DNA from: Epiperipatus broadwayi
Taxonomy: Eukaryota > Animalia > Onychophora
Direction of reading: 5' to 3'
DNA: 64,000 nt
Assembly: GCA_028023455.1 (NCBI GenBank)
Contig: JAQFVV010000009.1
Span: forward strand, 17,794,001-17,858,000
The notes beneath the pieces are model-generated. The model made no database searches, had not been told where the DNA came from, and saw only the letters and a list, made by a program, of their open reading frames with translations. Both the position numbers and the translations under genes were made by a program. This document shows positions 13,603 through 24,766 of the stretch, piece by piece. Numbering within the stretch: the first letter of the stretch is position 1; each line of letters starts with the position of its first letter.

Positions 13603-15164
13603 ATTCAGAGGATAAAGATACCCCCCCCCCCCCAAGATCTTTATTTGGCAATAATTTTATACAAATTTGGAAAAAGTGATTTACAATTCAACTAGATATT
13701 ATAAAGTATATCATAAAAGAACAAACAAATAAAATGATGTATAAATTACACAAGGTACATTTTGTAAATATTTAGCAAAGGCATATAAAAGTTAAAAACA
13801 ATAACAAAAGAAGCAAAACAGAAGGAAAGTACTACCTTTTTATAATGGGGTCAGAAGAGAAACCAGGCTACATATAGCATCAACAAGGTCTGGAGAGACA
13901 AGCTCTCTGTTTCTATTTTTAATTTTTGACATTTTATTATAAAATAGTGATTGCAATTTTCTTGATGCAGGATTGAAGCAAAAATGGTTCTTTAATAACC
14001 TCTATGTATAACTATAATTTAATATTAATTTGTAAATATCTAATAGGCATAGCTTAATGTATATGAAATTTAAATGGAAGTAAACTAACTCTCCCATAAG
14101 CTATGGACAAATATGATCAATTTACCTTAATGTTCTATTCATGCTGCACTAAAACGTGGAATCTTTTTTTTTTTTTTGCAAAGGAATGTTCATAACTATT
14201 TTGCAGACAAGTGCTGAACATATCTAGCAATCATCCTGAATATATATTTATTATTAGTATTAATCATTTATCCAAAATAAATTTTGCTCAAATCTTATCT
14301 CTTGCTCTGTTCTTCAAACCCTCTTTCTTAAAATACCAATTTTTTTAATTTTTTTTATTTAAGCATTACTTATTGTTTGAGCAGAGAAATGTCTGTATTA
14401 ACAGAAATCATTTATAAAGTCAAAAAACTGTTTTTTTATTTCTAGTGCTTAAACTTTATATGAACTCCTGATTTAACAAACTTTTTTTCTTTTTACAGTA
14501 TATGTATGTTTGGCTATAAAGGGCACTTTCAAAAAAATTAAAATAAATGTAATTATCTGAACTTTACTACATTGTATTTAAAGCTAGAAATATTGCAAAA
14601 TAAAGTTGAATGAGCTTTTATTGTATTTTTAGATCACAATGTAAAAAGTAAAGGAAGTAAAAAATAAAATTTAAACAATCCAATCAAAATTTACATATTA
14701 AAAATAAACAAATGCTGATGTTTTTATTTTTTATAATTATCAATTTTTATGCTTTGTTCTATTTTCAGATTTTGTTTCAATAAAATCTTTGTGATGCTTT
14801 AATTTTCTAGAAAGTTTTGGAATTTGGTTTTTTATTTTTCAGAATATCATCTATTCATCTGTAAAATTAAATCAATGCAAATAATTGCTATTTGAAGGTA
14901 CAAAAAAATTCCCAACAAAACAAACTAAACATTATTATTATTCAATATTATATTTAAATGCTTTAATGATTTAAAATTTATTTGATTGCAATATTTTTTT
15001 TGTGAATATTCTATCAACAATGAATATTTTGCTAACGAGTATGAAACAATGGTGTCAGTTTCTAAATGTTCCATAATTTATTGTACTATTTCTGTTTTAT
15101 CAAAAAGTAATCTTGATGATTAATACTTTCACTTAAATTTACTTTAATTCAAAATAGTCTGCAT

Positions 15165-15467
15165 CAGAGATGCCCAACCCATGGTGCATGCATCAAAATT
15201 GGTGCATTATGGAATTTTGACCCATTGGATTCTAATTATAAAAATAAAATGTAAAACTAGATCTTGAAAAGTAATACTATAATAAAAAGTTTTTTTTATT
15301 AATATTCAGAAAAAAAAATACAATTGTAGCAACCCATGGTAGTGTATTGTTGAATTAACATTTATTTGACGTTTAAATATTGCTCACTTTCAAAAGGTAT
15401 TTATGATGCATGTGATCTTATACATAAAAAAAATTGGCTCATAGCCTATAAAACATTGATCATCCTA
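15165..15467. mobile_element. Possible old non-autonomous hAT/MITE
   Basis: Starts cagagatgcccaacc (hAT-like terminus) and has a degraded inverse end aaaacattgatcatcct. No coding capacity; TSD not visible. Confidence 0.35.
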
Positions 15468-17632
15468 AGTTTCCATGATTCAAAATAATCTATATACAAA
15501 TTCTCAATTCATCAGTTATGCATTTATGCTGTTTTCATATTTATTGCCTGCTTTCTTTGATCCAAAAATCAGAATTATAGAAATATATGATATGTTATAA
15601 AAATATGAATTGTTTTTGTTTTGAAATGTCTTTTTTTTTCATATTTATTATTTTTCTTCAAGAATAGTTTTTTTTTTTTTTAAAAAAAATTTAAATGGGA
15701 GTTTCATTATTTTATTAAATTAAAATATTTCTTCTGTTTGTTTTTTTATTATAGATATATAATTTTTTCTTTTACTTTTTTTAAAATTAGGATTGATTAA
15801 AAATTTTTTTAATTCTACCCTAACTTATTTAACCTTTTGACTTTCTTTTTTGAAAGACAAAAGCTACATTTTTTGAGGTCAATTAAAATGTAAAGTAAAA
15901 ATTGTCCAAAACTAATAAATAATAAATTAGTTTTTAAAAAATATAAAATGAAAAGATAAAACAAATAATTGTATTTTTTACAATAAATCAGTGATTAGAT
16001 CAGATTATGTATTTTTAAAAAGCATTATTATTTAATGTAATTAAACAAGTAAGTAATATTAATCTTGATTTTTTTAAAAATATATAATGATTATGATTAT
16101 GATTTTTTTAAATATATATAATTATTATAAAAATAAAATTATATTATGTGCTGTAATGTGTATATATACATTTTGCCAATAATAAGTGAAAAATATATTG
16201 AAGTATATCTCAATTGTGCTATTGATTATGTTACATTTTATATGTATATTGTTTCAATGAATAATTAAAAATTTTTTTTTTTGTTTAAAAAGATTTGATT
16301 ATTAGACATGCTGCACCTATTCACATATGTATCAATCCACTGATAATTTTATAATCTTGTGATCTGACCAAAATAATGTGTATGCAAACCTTATATATGA
16401 TATTTTTGCAAAAATTTACGAAAATAACGGATCTTTTGTATATGATATTTTCCCAAAGATTTACTAGTAAGTATAAAGAAAAAAGTACAATGACAGTAAC
16501 TGTGAAGAAAAAATGCAATGAAAAGCAAGCTGTTGTCAGAATGAAATCTTGACAATATCTGGGCAAAAAAAGTAAAAAAAATCAGATATACAATAAGAAA
16601 TCTTGAAAAATACTCGGGGAAAAAAATATTAGATCGGAGATATGATAAAATACATTTTGATATCATCAAATAACAACATACCAGGATTTACTTAGACTTA
16701 TTTGACTTAATCACAATGTTACACATTTATCTTGGATGTGAAAAGGTGCAACTGGTCTAATACATACTGTGTCACAGGACTAATACATTCTTTGTCCCTT
16801 GATAAACAATAGATTGAAAGTTCACTATAAATAATCAGTATTCAAAAAATCATATGATATTTGAGCAATTAAATGGCAGATGAGGCACAACAATTCCATT
16901 CACTTGACCAAAATGCCTTTTTTTTCATTTGCCTTGAGAATCAATTCAGGAAACCTTTGTTATTTAATTCAGCTTTCTACATCTGTTTTAAACTTCACAT
17001 GACATTCACAATAATATTAGCATTCAGTTAAAAAAGGTACATGACAATTTTTGTCTGCCAGTCTGTGTAAGCATCAATGATATTTTTTAGTGAATACTAA
17101 ATCGGGTGTAGCGCAACAAATTATAGAAAGATAGCATAGAAGAATTTTTATATAATCAATGTTCCTCTTTAAATTATTAAAAAATGAATTTTATTAAAAT
17201 TATTTGGTTATATTCATGGACATAGTGAGTAAAATAAGAAGTGTTTAATTTTATAACTTAAAATTGTTAATGACATGAATATTTTTATTTAACTAATTGT
17301 CATTTCATTTATTTTACCTAATTTCTTCTTCTTTTTTTTTTTTTGTAGCTTGAGGATAAAAAAGTTTCAATATCTGAAGAGAATACACAGGTAATTGTAA
17401 TCTCATTAATTCTAAATTTATATATACTGTATATAGATATGTGCAATAACTGCCAATATAAATTATCACAATATTCATTTTTTAAAGAATCTGTTAGTAG
17501 CATAATAGTAATAATAAAATACTTGTTAATCTTTAAATTATATAAAATTGAAAAAAGTTAGAAAATATGATGTATCTTATGAATATTATTATAGAATCAT
17601 GTTTCTCAATTTTTTTTATTTTTTATGTCAAA

Positions 17633-17704
17633 TGCGTTGACTGGGAAGCGAACCAGGGCCAGCTGCTTGGAAGGCAGCTATGCTAACCACTAGGCCATCA
17701 ACGC
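17633..17704 (-). tRNA. tRNA-Gly(TCC)-like 72-nt sequence, probably a SINE/retro-pseudogene
   Basis: GCGTTGA-TG-GCCTAGTGGTTAGCATA-GCTGC-CTTCCAA-GCAGC-TGGC-CCTGG-TTCGCTT-CCCAG-TCAACGC-A. Acceptor and anticodon stems pair fully; the T-stem has two mismatches and position 58 is C. Followed by a TTTGACAT tail and A-rich run, flanked by direct repeat atgtttctcaa (17599-17609 and 17710-17720). Confidence 0.75.
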
Positions 17705-17989
17705 TTGATATGTTTCTCAACCTTTGTCATCATGTTACATACATTTTTGTATTTCTATAAATAGTTATTTTTTGAAGTCATTATAAAATTGTTTTAAGTA
17801 GTTGCAATTTGCCATCATACTATCTTGCATTTTTTTATTTTGAAAAAAAAAAAAAAAAAATTAAATGTACTATTGTATTGAAGTTATTCATAGAATTACA
17901 TTTGGATTGAATGTTTTTGGTAAAAAATAGCTTAATATTATATATACCTCTGTTTGAAAAGGAATGTTTATAATAAATGTGAATCTGAG

Positions 17990-18180
17990 ACTTGGATACT
18001 TAATAGAAGAGCACTGAGACTACAGATCACATTTATATGGAGAGACATATAAAAACAAAGTACAGAATTGAAAGAACAAACAAGTATCATTGACATTATG
18101 GAAAGAATTAAAGAGGCTGTACATGTTATTAGAAGAGCTGACAATAGATAGACAACTGAAGATGTATGTGGTCTGGGATT
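17990..18180 (+). mobile_element. 3' fragment of an RTE-like LINE
   Basis: Translates to ELKEQTSIIDIMERIK...HVIRRADNR*T, resembling the RTE RT C-terminal WAGHVARRxDNRWT region. Confidence 0.5.
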
Positions 18181-18984
18181 TTTTTTATATACCTGAAAAT
18201 TCTTAGTGATAAATGGCTTTTTTTAAAAAAAAATTTAATAAAAAAAAAGAAAAGTGTGTTTTGCTGTATTTTGGACAATATTTAAAGTGATAAATGGGTT
18301 TCTTTTTCATGATTTTGTGTTTACAAATGAAAATAAAAAAAAATAAGTCATGGCTATGTCATGTGTATCATTATTTTTGGAAACTAAACGAAATCAAAAT
18401 AATAATAATAATTTTCTGTGTGTAATCAAAATGTTACTATAAGTGGTGTGCAAAAAACTTTAGACCATTTTAATGAACAAATAATAGTAATTATTTTTAA
18501 TTGTTACAAAAAACAAAACACATGCCCACATAAAAGTTTATGAACTACTCCATCAGTCAGACAGTAAAAAACTTAAAATAATTTTAATGAACAAATAATA
18601 GGAATTTCTTTTTTTTTTTTTTGATTGAATGCAGGTGGCAGAAAGACAAAGGGTAGCATTTGTTAGTTTGTAGAACTTTTCTTTTTTAGATTTACCACCG
18701 CTTTCAGGTCAGATTTGATTTTAGTAATTTGTAAAATTGGTGTCTTTTAGGGTTTATCATTGCTATTTGTTGGCTAGAATTAATTTCTGCTAGGTTTTGA
18801 TAGTTTGTTAGATTTTTTTTTTTTTCACTTACATAGGTGATGAGTATTGGAAATAATATATGAAGATTTTTTGTGAAATTTTATTGGGGGTGACTTGAAA
18901 AGAAACTATCAATTTCTTTCTGACTATTTTAATATATGATTTTTTTCTACAGTACCGGCTTTTTCATATCTGCACTCCAATATG

Positions 18985-19130
18985 TAATATATAGAAGGTT
19001 TGAACTCAGAACTTTCACACGACCCTCAACTATCCATACTATCTCATACTGCTGACACCCTTGATCACACACACGTCAAAAAGATAAAAAATCACCAATA
19101 CACCTATTGTTGTTTGATCATAATGAAGTG
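18985..19130. repeat. Diverged partial copy related to the 35-36 kb hammerhead-bearing repeat
   Basis: agaaggtttgaactcagaactttca...ctatcca...aaaaagataaaaaatcaccaata parallels agaaggaatttgaactcagactttca...ctatcca...aaaaagataaatgatctccaata at 35559-35646. Confidence 0.5.
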
Positions 19131-20899
19131 GAAATAATTTTCTGTATGTGTTTTAATTGAAACAGTACTATATCAAGGAGAGATGGCAAAAACTATTGAT
19201 GATTTTGTAGTGATAAATAGATTTTTCTTGTTTACTAATGAAAAAAAAATGTAATTAGTGTTAAATGTAATTTTTTTTTAAACAAATGAAGTCAAAATAA
19301 TAACTTTGTGTATGTGTTCTGAAAATAATACTATTATTAATTTAAAGAAAACTTGTATACAATTTTAATGAACAAATAATAGTAACTATTTTGAGATTTT
19401 AGATGAAATGAAAAAACAACAAAAAACTGAAAAGAAACTATCTGCAAAACATGTCTTATATATCAAATTTATTGAAAAGAACAAACATCTTTCGACTATT
19501 ATTTAACCAAAATCTGCAAAACAATATTCATTGTATTGTAGATGGCAAATGAATAGCTTAGTATTTCCATTAATGTATAGAGACTGTTTGGTGGCTCCCT
19601 CAGGTATGTAATGAAAGTTCCTGAGTGTTCTGAAAGGCAAAATTTGAATTCCAAGAATCTATAAGATGTGAGATGGATAAAATAGATGGATGTGGAGAAG
19701 AAGAGGTATACATAGAAAAATGGATTAAATTCAGAGTGAATTTTTATTTTGGAATCTATGGTTTTAAGATGATGATATATAAATAAAGAATTATTTAATT
19801 TATTTTTTTATGTCCATTTCTATAATATTTAATCAATATTACATTCTATTGTTAATTTAAATTTTGTCTTAAAATTTTTTTAAAGACATCTAAATTTCCA
19901 AAACAAGTCTGTCAAGTCCAAATCAAAAGAAGTTGTATGAATTAGATACACCGCACATGTAATTTACCCATCCTTTCTCACTTTTTAAAAAGCCAATAAG
20001 AAAGAAGAAATTAACGAAAAAAAATTTTTAAAGACAAAATCATACAAAATTTCCAAATTAAATCTGTCAATTAAAACAGGTTGCTTGAATTAGGGAATAT
20101 TACTGACACCATTCAATCTTTCTTCTCCTCCCCCTCTCTCCTCATTTTAATAAAGTAAAAAAAATTTACACATTTTTAAAGACTGTATAATAAAAATTCC
20201 AAAACATCTATCAATTATAAAGAATTCGAAATTCTAAAGCAATCAATTTTTTAAACTGATATTAGGTATAAGACAAACTTGAAAGAAACCTTGGAAACTT
20301 ACAATTGATCTTTTTTAGAAATTGAAAAAAACAACAAATATTACTAAAAGTTTGCCAAAAGAAAATAATTTGTCAATGAAAACTAATATTAACAGGTTTT
20401 AGATTACGCATTGAATACTGTTACTATTAGAAATCACTATTTTTTAAAAGAAATCTTCAAATGATCGACTAGTCATCCCAATATTCTTTCATAACATCAG
20501 AGTAGTTTAAAGAGTTTATAAAAGATAAAAATGGAAATATAGATAGCCTATAGTATTAACTAAAGGAAATTCTTACTTTCTTTTAAAACTTTATTTATCT
20601 TTAACTCGTGCTTAATATTTATTATGTATTACAGTTATAAGTATTTGGTTCTGTATTTAACTTTATTCAGTAGGATGATTCAAGAAATATATTTTAGATT
20701 TCTATAAATAGATTAAATATTTTGCTAAATCATTTTATCATATTATAAATTAATTTCATACTGTTTATAGTGATCGTATTTCAGAATAAAACAAACAATT
20801 TTTTTAAAAGGATTTTATTAAGACTGTTCGTAATGCTTAAAATAAGGAGGAAAAAGTCATTAAAAAAAAAAAAAACAGTAGCATTTTTTAATGAGATAC

Positions 20900-21675
20900 T
20901 TTCAATAAGTATATATAGTCAACTGCATATATTACAACCATTCATTGCAAAAATATTTATAAATCCTTTAAAAAGTGTAAACTTCTGGGTTTTTTTTAAG
21001 TTGAATTGTCCGAGAAAATTGTGATTGTGAATATTACGTGGATTGGTAGATATTTAAACTAACTGAACGGCACGTTCTGTTTTCTAGAAATAATTTTTAA
21101 TTAATTGAATGTGTTATGTTTTCATTTAGAACGTGTTAAAAAAAAATCTTAATTTTATTTTTTAATAATGTCATGAAATAAGTGAAGTATTCAAAAATGT
21201 GCTTAATTTAATTAATTTACGTCAGTGATTAATTTTTGTAAAATGCATTCAGGTGTTTTGCCAATATTTTAATCGGTGTATATTTTCAAAGGTAAAGTTG
21301 TTATTGTTAAAGATTAGGAAAAAATTAGTTATCAATATGGAAATTCTTGCCTAGCGTTCTTATATGGGAATAATATTCAAACTAAAAAAAAAAAAGTGTG
21401 TCTGTGTATTTGTATATTGATGTATAATAATTCAATAAAAATATTTATTGAAATTTATTTTTTATAAATATTCGTTTCTTCTCCTGGCACTTTTTCTTTC
21501 TTTTGTGCTGTATTTTGAAAGTTTGGCATAAATATCAAAGTATCAAAACTTAATAAATGCTAACTGTCATTTCTGATGACGCAGCTGATGTTCTGGACTT
21601 TGAAATTATTCTTGAATAAATACAGTAAAGAGAGAGAGAAATCTTATCATTGTTTTGTAAATTTTTTTAAAAAAA
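20900..21675 (+). promoter_or_regulatory. Putative promoter/5' UTR region
   Basis: Local retention of CpG in an otherwise CpG-poor window, CRE-like ttacgtca (~21217) and tgacgca (~21576), directly upstream of an ATG-initiated candidate exon. Confidence 0.3.
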
Positions 21676-21750
21676 ATGTCAACGCCTGTAATTGTGAAAA
21701 CGAAGTGTCAGCGCAGGGCGAGTGATTCGGTATTAATAGAGGTAGATCCG
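21676..21750 (+). CDS. Candidate first coding exon MSTPVIVKTKCQRRASDSVLIEVDP
   Basis: aaaATG context, 25 open codons with higher GC than the flanks, ends at ccg/gtgatt. An alternative GT lies after 21721. No homology recognised. Confidence 0.45.
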
Positions 21751-22789
21751 GTGATTTTGTTGTTGTTGTTGATGTGTATTCTAATTTATGTCTTGCATGT
21801 TAATTGCATAAGCAATTGTTAGCGAAGTGCTTATATTCTGTTGTTTTATTTTTAATAATGTTTATTTGTGAAATGCAATGAATTTAAATATATAAAAAAC
21901 ACTTTTACCAGTATAAAAGACTATTTATAAATGCTAGTTTTCAGAGTTTTAATGAATGCATTTATAGTTGGTAATGTGTATTTATATAACATATAAACAA
22001 TTCTCCTACATAAATCCATAAACTAAATGCAAATGACTGATTATTAACTACATTATACATTAAGTAATCTTACTGTGCATACACAAAGTTTGCAAACTAT
22101 GTATATATATTATGTGATATTATTTCCAATAATTAAATTATTGAGATGAATAATTTATTTCATGATTTTTTGTCTGCTGATATTTCATTTTTATCGTTAT
22201 TTTTGTTTTAATATTTTTATTAACTATATATATAAAACACTAATTTACATTATCTTTTACTGAGCTACTTAATTAATTAAGCCATTTTTTTTTTCGGAGT
22301 TTGAGAATATATTACTTTTTTTTTTTTTGCATTTTGTAATTCTTCATATATTCTTATACCACGTGAATGTATGTTAAGAGATTTGTTTTTGCTATATTTA
22401 ATCAGTTTATGTATATAACAATGTTGATGGCCAGTAAATGAATATGGATTCATGTTAATTAAATGTAGAAAAAATACAGTGTAGAATATATATCTACATA
22501 AGTAAAATACACATTGGTAATTATATGTTCAATCTAAATACCAGCATTTTAAAATAACATCCTATTTAGTGTGTGAATTAAAAAAAAACTATTATTACTT
22601 TAGAGGCTAATCACAAGTGATTGTAGAAAATTAATCAACCAGTGATTATGATTCCAAAAGTAATTTACTTTTAAATCTGCCCTTTTTTATAAAATTCTAA
22701 ATAAATCACTAGGTAAAAAGTTAACAAAGATAACATACACTAAGTTTTCCTAAATGTCCTGTTCTATAAGTACCAAAAATAGTCTAGAG

Positions 22790-23281
22790 CCAGGGTGGGC
22801 AAATAGTGGCCCGAGGGCCACATGTGACCTGCTAAGAATTTATGCGGCCCACCAAGACGATCAAAAAAATCTGCCTTGAACTGAGATTTTCTTCCCATGC
22901 ACGACTGAAGATTTGTCTTGTATTTTCCACTAGGATGGCCACATCAATACATATGCGCAGTGTAGATATGATGTGCAGTGCTTTTCCAGTTGATCTGGTT
23001 AATTTTAATTTTGTCTTTGCATTAGCAACTATATACATTTCCAACTTTAGTGAAACCATGAACCCTCTGAAAAATGTAAAATCAGTGATGAATGTCGTGT
23101 GTTTAATGAAGAATGGACAAACAAATATTTCTTTGGTAATACAGAGAGTAAAGTAGTGTGTTTATTGTTTCATGAAAAAAAGGTACGGCCCTCCACTAAC
23201 CTTTGTTTCCACAAAGTGGTCCCCGATGCGGCCCTCCGCTAACCTCTGTGGCCTCCGAGCCAAAACAATTGCCCACCCCTG
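22790..23281 (+). mobile_element. Non-autonomous hAT (Buster/SPIN-like) element, ~490 bp
   Basis: TIRs (c)cagggtgggcaa / ttgcccacccctg and an exact 8-bp TSD gtctagag (22782-22789, 23282-23289). Internal frameshifted transposase N-terminus DECRVFNEEWTNKYFF...VCLL. A homologous copy lies at 37292-37786. Confidence 0.9.
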
Positions 23282-23730
23282 GTCTAGAGCATGCTACTGA
23301 TCATCTGCATCTTATTAATATTTTAATAAGTCTTCAGGATAATCATATACTTGATAATAATATATAAAAAGTATAGTCATCGATATATTTATTTTGTTAA
23401 TTATTTTTGTTCAGTAATTAATCAACTTTTCATTAAATATGTTTATCTATCATAAGGAAATGATAAGTTTTTTATTAGTTTTAATACATAGCAGCTTTAA
23501 AAAAGATTTGTTGACTCCAAGAATTTTCCAGTATATATATATATGTCTTACTATCAAGCAAGAAGATACCATTTATTTGTTATTTTCAGTTTGTCATTTA
23601 ATACTCTTGGATTAAAATAGTTATTGCATTGTCCTGTCATGCTCATGATCTAGATGGTAATTTTTTTTTCCAGAAAGTTGAAGATTTTCTAAACCTCATG
23701 ATTTTTTTTAGATAGCTGGTGCATAGACTA

Positions 23731-24043
23731 TAAGTTAGTCAGTCAGTATTGTCCAATCATGAGGTATTTAGTTATCCTTAGTTGAAGGGGAAAAGTTCTT
23801 CGATAATCAGAGTTGATTAAAAGATTTTTAACATGCTAAGAAAAGTGTACTTATGATGCAATCCTCACATTATTAGTAATGGACAATAAGCTAGTCATTC
23901 AATATTGTCCAATCACTAGATATTTAGTTATTCTTAGTTGAAGGGGGAAAATCCTTCTATAATTGTGATTGGTTTATAGATTTTTAATATGCTAACTAAA
24001 AGAAAAGTATAGTTATGATGTAATCATCACATTATTGGTAGTA
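23731..24043. repeat. Two-copy tandem duplication, 156-bp unit
   Basis: taagttagtcagtcagtattgtccaatca... at 23731 and taagctagtcattcaatattgtccaatca... at 23887 stay colinear through acattattagt / acattattggt. Confidence 0.85.
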
Positions 24044-24709
24044 GAAGTATTATTCTCTTAGGATAAATAAATAAATATTGATTTTACTTAACTAATTGAA
24101 TAAATATTTAATGGCCTTGAGAGAATCATTACTTTTGAAACAGAATATTTTTGTCTTTGTAGATTATATCATTATCAGAAATCACTCACAAATAAATATG
24201 GCTATTCCAGCCTAAAAAGAAACTAATAATAATGCACAAGAGAAGTTTTGTACAATAACTATACAAACTATCTAGTAAAGATCAATATGTTCATGTATCC
24301 TATTATTCATTTAACTCCATCGCTTTTCTTTACACAAGCAGTATATTTTAGTTATACTCTAAAACTTATTTATTTCTCACATTGAAACAAATGAATAATG
24401 ATATTGGAAAAAAAAGAATGATTCCAATATTTGTTTTCAATTGAATCAGACTCTTCAATCATGCAGATCATATCTTTTTTTTTTTTTCAAATATCTTCAT
24501 CATTCATTACTTATCTCATATTGCAATATTCACTTTACAATTGCTATCCTTTTTATAAGCACTAGATGATGGTCATTAGATAAATTTATTAATGATCATT
24601 AGTAATATAATAATCTTTAATGTAATAAATGATTATTAATATTAGTCAATATATTTATCTAAAGATATTGATTATTATTTAGTGCTTATTGTAAAGTGAA
24701 GTATTGCAG

Positions 24710-24766
24710 TGATGAGGACATTTGAGAGAACTCATGATCTGGATCAGCGAAAAAGTGCTATTTCAG
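24710..24766 (+). CDS. Candidate internal coding exon (phase 1-1) (V)MRTFERTHDLDQRKSAIS
   Basis: ttgcag acceptor, 57-nt frame open only in phase 1 through to the cag/gtagaa donor. Joins in frame to 29014. Confidence 0.4.

Noticed and set aside
16321-17200. Possible transposase or gene remnant with slightly higher complexity
   Set aside because: Manual translation gave no motif I could assign, and all frames are interrupted.
17633-17704. Functional tRNA-Gly gene
   Set aside because: T-stem mismatches, C at invariant A58, shared tail and a TSD favour a retroposed copy. Kept as tRNA-like, not as a bona fide gene.
19577-19605. Micro-exon ending at a strong cag/gtatgt donor
   Set aside because: The surrounding sequence reads like a decayed RTE 3' end (RLFGG cf. 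RLRWFGHV), so the splice signal is probably incidental.
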